NCBI RefSeq assembly: GCF_009914755.1
Contig: NC_060927.1
DNA length: 64,000 bases
Reading direction: 5' to 3' (one strand)
Source: the human T2T-CHM13v2.0 reference genome, Homo sapiens
The position numbers and the translations under genes are program-made. Position 1 is the stretch's first letter. The number at the start of each line of letters is the position of its first letter. Shown here piece by piece: positions 54,173 through 64,000 of this stretch. Below the pieces are notes generated by a model. It made no database searches and was not told where the DNA came from. It saw only the letters and a list, made by a program, of their open reading frames with translations.

Positions 54173-54361
54173 GTATCAGTGTGGCTCTCACTGGTGTGCA
54201 GCCTTAGAACTAAGACTACACTTATAAAATCCAAGCTTTTGGCTGCTGTTATTCAAGCAATTCAACTTGAGTGTTATTTCTTATAAGCAACCTTTAGGAC
54301 AATATAACAATTATGCTCTTTTTGTAGCATGTCTTGTAAATTGACGACCACTCTATTTTTC

Positions 54362-54411
54362 ATATATACACACACACACATATATATGTAATGTGTATAT
54401 ATGTATATAAG

Positions 54412-54464
<53 letters not shown>
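54362..54464 (+). repeat. (TA)/(CA)n compound microsatellite
   Basis: Read directly. Confidence 0.95.
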
Positions 54465-54467
<3 letters not shown>

Positions 54468-56137
54468 CAGAATAGCAGCTGTTATTCAAAGTCTTGCTAT
54501 GGTATTTTTCTGGCTGGTATGAAGTGAAAATTTTCACAGGAGTTTTCTTTAAGCAGAGTAGGCTGGATTCAGGAAATGGATTTTTTCCTGCAACTGAATT
54601 CTCCTGATTGCTGGCCTACATTAACAAAAGTCAGCAGGTGATCACTCACATGCCCTGGCCTGCCTAGTAATGCTATTAGCATCTTTCATCCAAGTCCCCC
54701 AAGCACATTAAGAGCACAGCTGAAGCTCTGCAATGTCCTGTGACTCAAATAGCCCCAATTTACAAACAAACTGATAAGGCAGCCATTGGCTGAATAATCT
54801 GTTTCCATCCCAAGGCCCACTCTAGCAGATTGGTAATCAGAAGCCGTTGCTTTGGGCACTATCCACCATTACTCTGCCCTCCTACAGACACTGCATTCTC
54901 TCCCTTGAATTGATTTTTATAAGTCACCTAAAGCAATGGTTTGGTGAAGAATGATGTTGGCAAAAAGGAAGAAAATGTTATGATCATTAAAATAATGATT
55001 TTTTAAATATAAAGTCAGGGTTGGTAGTATATATCTTTGCACACTAGGAATTATCGATTACTCCAACAAGAGGAAATACAGTTCAGTCCATAATAATTAG
55101 ACTTGGACCAAAATAATAATAATGTATTTTTATAGATGGAAAGGAAAGCAGATTTTTATTGAATTGCCAGGGGCAATTGTAACAGTGTAGGAGAAAATCT
55201 CCAATAACATAGACAGATGTCATTTGCCCAGGAAGCACGAAAGTGCTAGTATTGTTGACTGCCTGGTACTTCACTTACTGTGCATTGTTTGAAGAGGCTT
55301 TAGTCAATTTTAGGTATGTAGATATTTTTGTTAACTATTAAGCATTATTGAGCACTTATGTTGCCAATGACTACAATGAGGATTTCCATATACATAATCA
55401 CTGAGTCCTCATAATAATACTAGAAGGTACAAACAGTTATTAGGCCCATTTTAAAGATAATGGATGTTAATCGGCATGACCAATATCACACCTAAGAAGC
55501 ACAAAGACTTGAGCCCAGATCAATCTGTCTCCAGGCTTATCATGATATTAACTAATGCCGGTTCCATCCTTTTCAGTTCTATAAAATACTAATTGTTTAA
55601 AGTAAACACTCAGTATAATAAGCCGAAGCCTGACTTGTTATTTCTGATACTTGGTACTAGCTCAGTATTTCGGGACCAAATAAAACCAATTTACACCTTG
55701 CCTAATTTATGTCTTGGGATATCTGTGTTTACCCTGAGACCTCTTTTCCCTGAACTACTAGCTCCTAGGTTCCTTCAACTGCCCTTCACATCTCATGGGC
55801 CCCAATTCCTTTGCCATGTTAAGAACTCATCTTCCATAGGGTGCCAATTACGTTTTGAAACAGTGCTTTTCTACACTCTGTTAGCTACGCTGGTAGGTTG
55901 AAGGAAAAGGTTGAATTTAAGATAGAATTACTTGTAGTGATCATGTAATCATTGACACCATCAGGTAGCAAGGCATTGTAGAAAGGGTTGTCCATTTGAG
56001 AAACTTGTCTTTATGTTTTTCAACCCTTCCTCCCTACCACTCCCTCTGCTCAACACACACAAATCTCATGGTAGGTTGTCTGGTAGAATAAATGCATGAA
56101 TGGTACCAAGAAAGAATAGGACAAATGAAAGGTTAAG

Positions 56138-56665
56138 TGTGGTACAATGCAAAAATGGCCATTTGACTCTATCTCCCTATATCCCTGTTTTTTGGCGAAT
56201 GTGTGTTTGAAGCTCTACCAATTAAAATGGAGTCTATTTACCTTCCTTTTGAATATGGGCTGGCACTGTGACTTGTTCTAGCCAAAACAATGGGATGGAA
56301 ATGACATTTTTTTACAGTTCTGAGCACAAGCCTAAAAAAGCTTACAAGCTTCCACTCGATATCTTAGAAACTGGCTCAGTTGCCATGTGAAGACTGCAGG
56401 CTAACCTGCTAGAACCTGAGAGACCCCATGGAACAGAGGTGAGCTATTACAGTTGAGGCCATCTAAGATAAGCCAGTCCCTGGTCAAACCCAACAATAGA
56501 CCACAGGTACATAAGTGAACTCAACTGAGACCAGAATAACTACCCAGCAAAGGCTAGCCCAAATTGTCAATTTGCCGAGCCATGAACTAAATAAATAGGT
56601 ATTGTTTCAAAGTCATTAAGTTTTAGGGCAGTTTATTAGAGTTTTAAAAGCTAAAAAATATATAC
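56138..56665 (+). mobile_element. MLT1H/G-like MaLR solo LTR
   Basis: TGTGGTAC...AAAAATGGCC; TGAATATGGGCTGGCACTGTGACTTG; CATTAAGTTTTAGGG. Confidence 0.72.
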
Positions 56666-57589
56666 TATGTCTGTAGCTAACATAATATCTCAAGGAACTC
56701 TATGCAGCATTAATAAAATCTACCATGAGGTACAAAGTAACAAAACAATTGAAAAAACAATCACAAACATTGTGATGTTACTCTTACTGTAATAACATAC
56801 AACTGGTATTTTAACTTTTGTTTGTAAATAGCTAAGAAAATGGAAACAATAGGCTACCCAAAATAAGAGGAAAAAAAAATTAAAGACCTCACAAATGGCT
56901 ATGGTCCAAAGTATTATCTCAATAAATCATATGAGTTAATGAGCATTCTTATAAGCAAGATGGCTCCTACAAGTGGTCATTTCAACAGTAGTTGCTGACA
57001 TGATTACATTCTATTCTGCCATATGCTCCCTCTGCCTCGTTGTCTTGATCAGTTGTTTAAAGCCAAGAAGTTCCTAACAAAAAGGAAGCATCAAAGACCT
57101 TACAATAAATTATAACCTTTCCTTTTGTCCTCATTAACAGATGCTGAGTTTTGACATTTATCACCCTTGGAAATTCTCCGGAGTGTCTTCAAGATTTGTG
57201 TTTCAACCCTTGAAGGCTGTTCTGAATCTCTTTTGCAAGCAATATTCACTCCATTGGTTTCTTAAACTGAAATATCTAAAGCAGGAAATGACAGTGGACC
57301 CCATTATTATAAATTAATCACTGGTGAAGACAGAAAATTTGCCATCACATTATGGATAGAGAAGAACTCAATTCCCAGTTGTACCTTCTGAGACTCAATG
57401 TGTTTCATGCACTTGTTAATCTTCCACAGTCTTAAGATGACATAGTGGAAGTATTTGGTAAGAAGAGAAGGGGGATGTTAATCAGAGCTCAAACCAAGAT
57501 AGCATGTAACTGCCGAGCTTTAAAGATTTGGTTCTTATCATTGATGAATTTTAATTTGTACACTATTAACACTATGTTGTAGGTATTGC

Positions 57590-58900
57590 AGTTGTATTGG
57601 TGAGAGCTGGGACTTTCTAATTCAGCTGCCTGAGTTGGAATCCTGACCTTACTTCTCATTGACTGTTTGTCCTTGGGAAGCTCACTGGCATCTCTATGTC
57701 TGAGTTTCCATATTTCAGATTGGGGATAATAATATGTACTTCTCAAAGGATTGACATAAGGATTAATGAGTTACTAAATTTCTTTGGATCTAATATGCTA
57801 GAGGCACTGCTATTTTATATACCAGGTGTGTGTGTGGGTGGGGGTGACAGGAGGCACTGAATCACATACTGATTTGGGAGAGGTTAAATGTGGGAAAGAT
57901 GTATGTCTCTGAATTGATGGGGTAAATAGAATCCCCTTTCCAAGTTCATAGGACTGAGTGCTCAAGGCAGGACAAAGAAAAAAGCATCAAGGCTGTGGAT
58001 GCCATATTTCAAGGACTCTCAGGAGGCAGCTGCCTCTGTCATGTCAGAGGGAACTGGGTTCAAATGCTAGCATCAGCATGACATTGGACAACTGCTCAAC
58101 CAGTCTAGTCCTCAGTTTCCCCATCTGTAATAACTTAGGTTGTGTTGGGTATTATTAATAGATTTCATAAAGTATGTTAGATATTAATCATAATAACAGT
58201 CAAATAACAAGCACTGAATAAATACTAAGATGCAGTAGTGTTGGAATTACTAACCCCTCCCTCCTACCCTATTACAGTGTCTTGTGCTGAGATTTTTTTC
58301 CCCTAATTTCTATAAAACCATGGGGAACAATACTTCTAATCTAATAAACTTTCTAGCACAGTGCCTGGCTATAGCAGATGCTCAATAAATTGCAGCTGTT
58401 TTACACATGGTAATGCAGTGCTCTGATGATCATTCTTATCAAATGCATTCCTCCTCCTATTTTGAGAATAAGCCTTATTGACATCAGGATAAGCTTTATG
58501 ATAATTACCACAACACACTTCTAACTTAAATGCAACATCATCAGTTCTGTTCCAAAACCCCCGCCAGATTTGTTCGTTCAACTAGCATTATAGATACAGA
58601 ACTTGAACTCAAGGGTCTGAAAGCAATAGGAATTCAACAGACATCTGGAGCACAGGGAGGCCACCCCAAGTTAAGCACTTCCAATAGGGTAACACATATC
58701 CGTTAAGCATCCTTGACATGCCTGATGCTGCATTACCTGATCCATTCCTTGCAGCAAAAACTGGAGTCCATACATTGATTTCCCCATTTTACATATAAGG
58801 AAATCGAGGCTATGAGAGTTTAAGTAACCCATCTAGGGTCACACGTGTGAAGGGCTGATATTTAAATCAAGATTGAGTCAAAGGCCCATGCAATCAGCTA
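57590..58900. mobile_element. Several MIR copies (~57590-57790 +, ~58020-58170 +, ~58770-58900 -)
   Basis: CTCAGTTTCCCCATCTGTAA; CCCCATTTTACATATAAGGAAATCGAGGC. Confidence 0.72.
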
Positions 58901-59554
58901 TTGGGCATGGAACTGTTATGAGATACCATTTCCTTATTAAAATGTTCTCATTTAACTTGTTTGAACTTCAGTTTCTTCTTGAGAGTTATGGGAATGAAAG
59001 GATTAGAGCAGGAATATTTTAGTTTTATTATCTGATGAGACTTTGAAAAATATCGTATAATGATTAAATACTGAATGCAGTCCTTAATGCTGCAGATCAA
59101 GCAACCCATAAAAAAGTCAAAAAAAAGTCTTCAGAAGCTAAATTGTAATCAGGAAAGCCTGAGGTCTGTCCTGCTAGGACAGGTTGAAAAAATTAAGGCT
59201 TTTGTGACCAAGGTCTATATAATCATGAACCCATTATGATTTTCTAAGTCCTGGCTAACTTACAGGAGACAGCCTGTGCATGCATGAGAAAAGTAGTTTT
59301 AGAGAATGAAATGACCACTTTGCACAATGTAGAGCAAAATGCACAAGGCTATCTCAGAAAGTTGAAAATAGAGATAATTCTGCATGTACTGAGTGTCTAT
59401 TATGTGCCAGGTTATTCTAGGTGCCTTGTGTAGAACCTTAGTTCCCCTAACTGGTAAAGACAACTTGGTGTTCACTTTATGGATCAGAAAACTGAGTTTC
59501 ATGAATAGTCAATAACCTGCCTAAGATTAAAGGACCAAAAAATGGTCAAGTCTG

Positions 59555-59830
59555 AGGGTAGGGAGAAGGGGAGAATAGGGAGAGATTTGTTAAAGGATAC
59601 AATACTGCTGCTAGATTGGAAGAATAAGCTCCAGCGTTGTATACCGCTGTAGGGTGACTGTAGTTAACAATAAGTTTCAAATAGCTAGGAGGACAATGAG
59701 TGTTCCCAACACAAAGGAACAATAAATCAGATGATGGATAGGCTAATTACATTGAAACATCATTATGTACCCCAGGAATAAGTACAATTATTATTTGTCA
59801 ATTTTTTTAAAGTTAAATAAAGAAAACTGA
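59555..59830 (+). mobile_element. L1MA (about L1MA5) 3' end inserted in an antisense MIR
   Basis: GAGAGATTTGTTAAAGGATACAA...TGTTCCCAACACAAAG. TSD AAAAATGGTCAAGTCTG / AAACATGGTGAAGTCTG. Confidence 0.85.
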
Positions 59831-60419
59831 AAAAACATGGTGAAGTCTGGATTTAAGTCCAGGTTTCTAATATTCAATTCTGTGCTCACGCCAGCCAGAG
59901 GAGGTTAGATTAGTGTCTTTTAGTGTGTTTCTATTAGCAGGGGTTAGATTTTTTTTTTTTTTAATTTGAGAAATGTTGGGTTAAATAAGATAGGTTTTCA
60001 TACTGTGGGACTTATCAGAGTCTTTGTTAAATTTAAGAAGAAGGATATAGCAAGTATCATTTCCCAGGTGGAATTTATTTTTCAGAGGAAATTTCTTTAG
60101 ACTATTCTTATAAACTGTATGTTTGGGGAATCGCTGGCTAAATATATTTCCAGATAGAATATTTCTTATGACTACAGAGATAAATTGTGTTATCAGGCAG
60201 AACGAAGGCCAGCAATGCCTATTTGTCGAACAATGAGAGATGTGATGTTGCGTTTCCAACCAGGAAAGGGTGCTTGGGAAAAGAAGTGGTCTTCTGTTAA
60301 TACATAAAAATTAAAGAATATGGCTTTGTTTCTTCCACTTTTTATGTTTAGAAATGTCATTCTGATCGTTGGTCATGGGGAAAGCAGGGCGGGGGTCTTG
60401 AAAGCTTCTTATATTGGTA

Positions 60420-61125
60420 AGCCATGCATTGGTGAATATGTAAGGAAATGAGAAATCTCACAGTGATATGAGTGAGAATTTACACAACCGCTTTAGAGAG
60501 CATGTTAAGCAATTTCTAATTGAATTCTATCTCTAGGTAAATAGCCTAGAGAAGCTCTTGCAAATGTTCATAAGGAGACCTGTGAAAGTATATTCATTAC
60601 AATGTTTGAAACATCAAAAATTGTAAATGATCTTAATTGCCCATGATTAGGGGAAGATAAAAATAAACAGGCTTATTCATAAATTCAATCTTATGTGGCA
60701 ATAAATTAATGAGATACATGCATCTACATGAACCAATCTCAAAAATAAAATGGAAGAACAAGTTGCATATAGCATCATACCATTTACATAATTTTAAGCT
60801 ATGCAACATAATACAATATCTTGTGCATAGCTACCTGCCTGTAGTAAAAGTACAATAATATACTGTTTATGTAATATACAAAATATATAAAATTCATTTG
60901 ATTTTATATATAATTTATGGTCACCAACCTTAATAGGTTCTATCTAGGGAAGCAAAAAAGGGAGAAATAATGGAAAGAATAGCTGTATTTGTAAAGTTTT
61001 ACTTCATAAAATAGCTGTAAAGAAAATATTGGAAAATAGTCATTTAACTGCTTGTTGGTGAGTGACACATGCATTCCTTTGCGCATTTTTGTGTACACAC
61101 TTTTTAATAAAATAAAAATTTATTG
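60420..61125 (+). mobile_element. L1ME-like 3' region
   Basis: GAATATGTAAGGAAATGAGAAATCTCA; CTCTAGGTAAATAGCCTAGAGAA. Confidence 0.7.
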
Positions 61126-61300
61126 AACTTAAAAGTCCTAACAAGATAATCAACCTAATGGTTCATGAACAAAATTAAATGATTTTTAAAGGGCAGAACT
61201 CAAAGCTTCCCTCTTATTCTTATACTATATCGATTTGTTCCATTGGTGGGGCAGAATTTATTTTACAGCTTTTGTTTCCAAAGAATTACAGAACAGACAC

Positions 61301-61622
61301 TGTCTTAGTTCACCCAGGCTGCTATAAAAAAAATACCATAAACTGGGTGACTTACATACAACAAATTTATTTCTCACAGTACTGGAGGCTAGGAAGTTTA
61401 AGAGCAAGATGCCAACAGATCAGGTGTCTTCCTTGCTCTTTGTCGTCTTCTCACTGTGTCCTCACATAGTGGAAAGGGCAAGGCAGCTCTCAGGGGTCTC
61501 TTCTGTAAGGGCTCTATTCCCATTCATGAGGTCTCTGCCCTCAGGGTCAAATCTCCCAAATTCCTCACCTTCTAATATCATATTGGTGATAAGTTTTCAA
61601 TATGTGAATTCAGATCACAGCA
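61301..61622 (-). mobile_element. MST/MLT1A-like MaLR solo LTR
   Basis: TGTCTTAGTT...AAATTTATTTCTCACAGTACTGGAGGCTAGGAAG...CACAGCA. Confidence 0.82.
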
Positions 61623-62899
61623 GATATAAATACATGTAATAATTTAAGAGATGACAAAAATATGGAAAACTATGTGCCTTAGAATAGAAAAAAATATTAT
61701 ATATTTGATATTTTTAAAGCATTTAGGTAGGTGTTATATCCAGGGAATTATTCAGAAATTTCTCAAAGATTATATTTTTGATTGATTAAAGTATAACTTA
61801 ATAATATAACAATATTATGTATTGGCTTTTTTGAAAAAAGCATCCCAGGAACCTGTAAAGTTTACTACAAATATCTAATATGGCAAGATTAGCTCAATAA
61901 CTGATTCCAGCTATCAGTGATGCACTTTTGTCTTGTAGTTTTAAATAGGTGATCACATTTTCTTCTCACCTCTTGGCTCTGTGTCCTCTTCTCACCTCAG
62001 CAATTTCTTATTTATGTGGGTTTAGATTGAAGTTATAGCACAAGATACATCATTGCTAGCTTTAAAAACAAAAGATCGATAACAGCTCAGCTGTCCGCAC
62101 CATTGTTAAATCTGCCCCTTATCTATCAGACTGTGGTACCTAGCAGTAGACTATGTAATTACAATTCTTCATAGCTCTACAAACTTCCTCTGACATCAAC
62201 ATGATTATTTCCTAGGAAGCTATAACTTTAAGCAATTCCCTGAACTTCAAACTGCATGAATCAGCACCTTGGATTCAAGATCTGAAGTGTCAGCAAATCA
62301 TCTTTTAAAAATGGATCTTTCTTGGAACACTTGATTTGAAAAAAGAAAGTCATGTGGTTCTCCAATATTTTCACAGGCTTGAGTGGGTTTTGTTGCTTTA
62401 AATCAGGTTCTCCTCTTAAACTCAAAAAGATTTTTAAATCTCTAATGGTACCAAGAAGAGGTAGAGAAATAACAAGTGTGTCTCACTTAAGAAAATCTAA
62501 AGTCTCAAGATTTATTAAAATAAGAGGATGCTGAATCACACACAAAAAATTCACCTTATGAAGGGTTTAGAATCCTTGTTTTAATGAAAAACACTGCTAA
62601 TGAATTAAAATGCAATGTGACTATCTGTGAATGCTTCTAGCTGATTTGGGTCTCACCTTATACCACAAATTTAGCCAGCCTTATCTTTTCCAAAAGGATA
62701 ATCTGATAGTGTCACATAAACAAGTGATATACAGCTCTGCTTCCAGCTTTATCAAACTAAATCAATTCTCCCAACTGACAGAAACAAAATTCAATCTTAT
62801 CTCAAAGAAGATAACCTTATCAGACCATTAAATTATCTCTACAATTCTTCATACAAAAAATCTGAAATTAAATAAAAAGTTTTAAAAATGTATATTATT

Positions 62900-63650
62900 T
62901 AACTTACTAGTAATCAAGACTAAATGTTGAATAGTCAATAGGATAATAAAGTAAATAGCTATATATAAAAAAAGACTCACAGGAGACTCAGATATTGGAG
63001 CTATCAGGTATCTGAAAATAACTGATGCCTGATAGTTAGAAGATATGAGGAGGAATTTCAGGAAAAACTGTAATCTATTTAAAAGGTTCAAATGGAAATC
63101 ATGGAATTAAAAATACAATAACTGAAATTAGATTTGATAAAGCTGAAGAGAGAATATGTAAATTAGAAGATCGATGAATAGAAAATAAAGACTAAAGCAA
63201 AAAGCTTTTTAACAAATAAAAATATAAAATACATAAGGGATTTAGCAAAAAAAAATTATATGCTATTAGGGTTTACAGAAAGTGTAAAAAAAGAATGAAG
63301 AATGATTGTAGCAATCACTACAACCATTAAGCTGATAAAGATATAGAAAACTATACTTTGGGACCTCATAGTAAAGATTCTGGAAATAAACAAACAAACA
63401 AACAAAAAAAAAACCAAAGAAAAATCTTAAAATACTAGTGCCAATATATCACCTTCAATAGAGAAACAATATAAAAAAATACATGAAAAAAGATAAATGA
63501 ATTCTGAACAGGGATTCCAGAAATCAAAAAGCAAAGATCTTCAAAGATTATGTTAAAAGAGGTGAAAGTAAATAACTGCCAAACTAGAACTGTGTACCTC
63601 ACAAAAGCATCCTTCAAAAATACAGAATATAGGACATCAGAAATATGAGT
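62900..63650 (+). mobile_element. Very old L1M/HAL1 ORF1-region fragment
   Basis: AATACAATAACTGAAATT; AAAGCTGAAGAGAGAAT; AACTAGAACTGTGTACC. Confidence 0.65.
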
Positions 63651-64000
63651 GACTAGAGATCCTCGGCTCTCATTTTCCTCACACAAGAAAGGACCAAGAC
63701 GATGAATAAACAGTTAAGATTTGACTGGAGTGCTGAAGGGAGGGTGCTGGAGTACAGTGGGAAAGTGGAAATTCACCTGTGGTGATCAGAAGCCAGGAAG
63801 ACAATGTGGAGGCACCCAGATCCTACAATCCTGCCTCTCCCATCCAGATCAAATCTACCCAGAGTCAAGAGAGACTTCCTGTTGCAGAGAATAGTTAATC
63901 AGAAGACCCTCACCAGCCCCCATTGTCACTGTAAACACTTACGGTTCCTATAGTGCACAAGAATCACACAGTCCTCATGCGCTCTGGACCCAGTTTAGGG
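63648..64000 (+). mobile_element. Probable old L1M 5' UTR running off the window
   Basis: GC-richer segment (GAATAAACAG...GGAGGGTGCTGGAGTACAG) resembling L1M 5' ends. Confidence 0.5.

Overview
Primate (very probably human or great-ape) nuclear DNA that is CpG-poor and mostly transposable-element relics. I find no protein-coding gene, RNA gene, CpG island or prokaryote-type system. The only real coding signal is a dead L1 ORF2 reverse-transcriptase fragment at ~24.5-26.6 kb. The window is rich in solo LTRs (~20: MER11, THE1, MLT2A2, LTR8, LTR12, MST, MLT1, MER39 and others, several with readable target-site duplications, TSDs). It also holds about 7 Alu dimers, 2 Alu monomers, many hAT MITEs (MER5, MER30, MER33, MER58), L1, L2 and MIR fragments, and microsatellites. 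The most notable structures are two 5'-inverted (twin-primed) L1s of very different ages, an unexplained ~58-bp direct duplication 708 bp apart, a hairpin-type insertion inside MER11, DUX4-like motifs in convergent THE1 and MLT2A2 LTRs, and an NF-Y array in LTR12. Family names come from my recall of consensus sequences, not a RepeatMasker run, so subfamily calls and the boundaries of old elements are approximate. I cannot support a claim of a novel biological system here.
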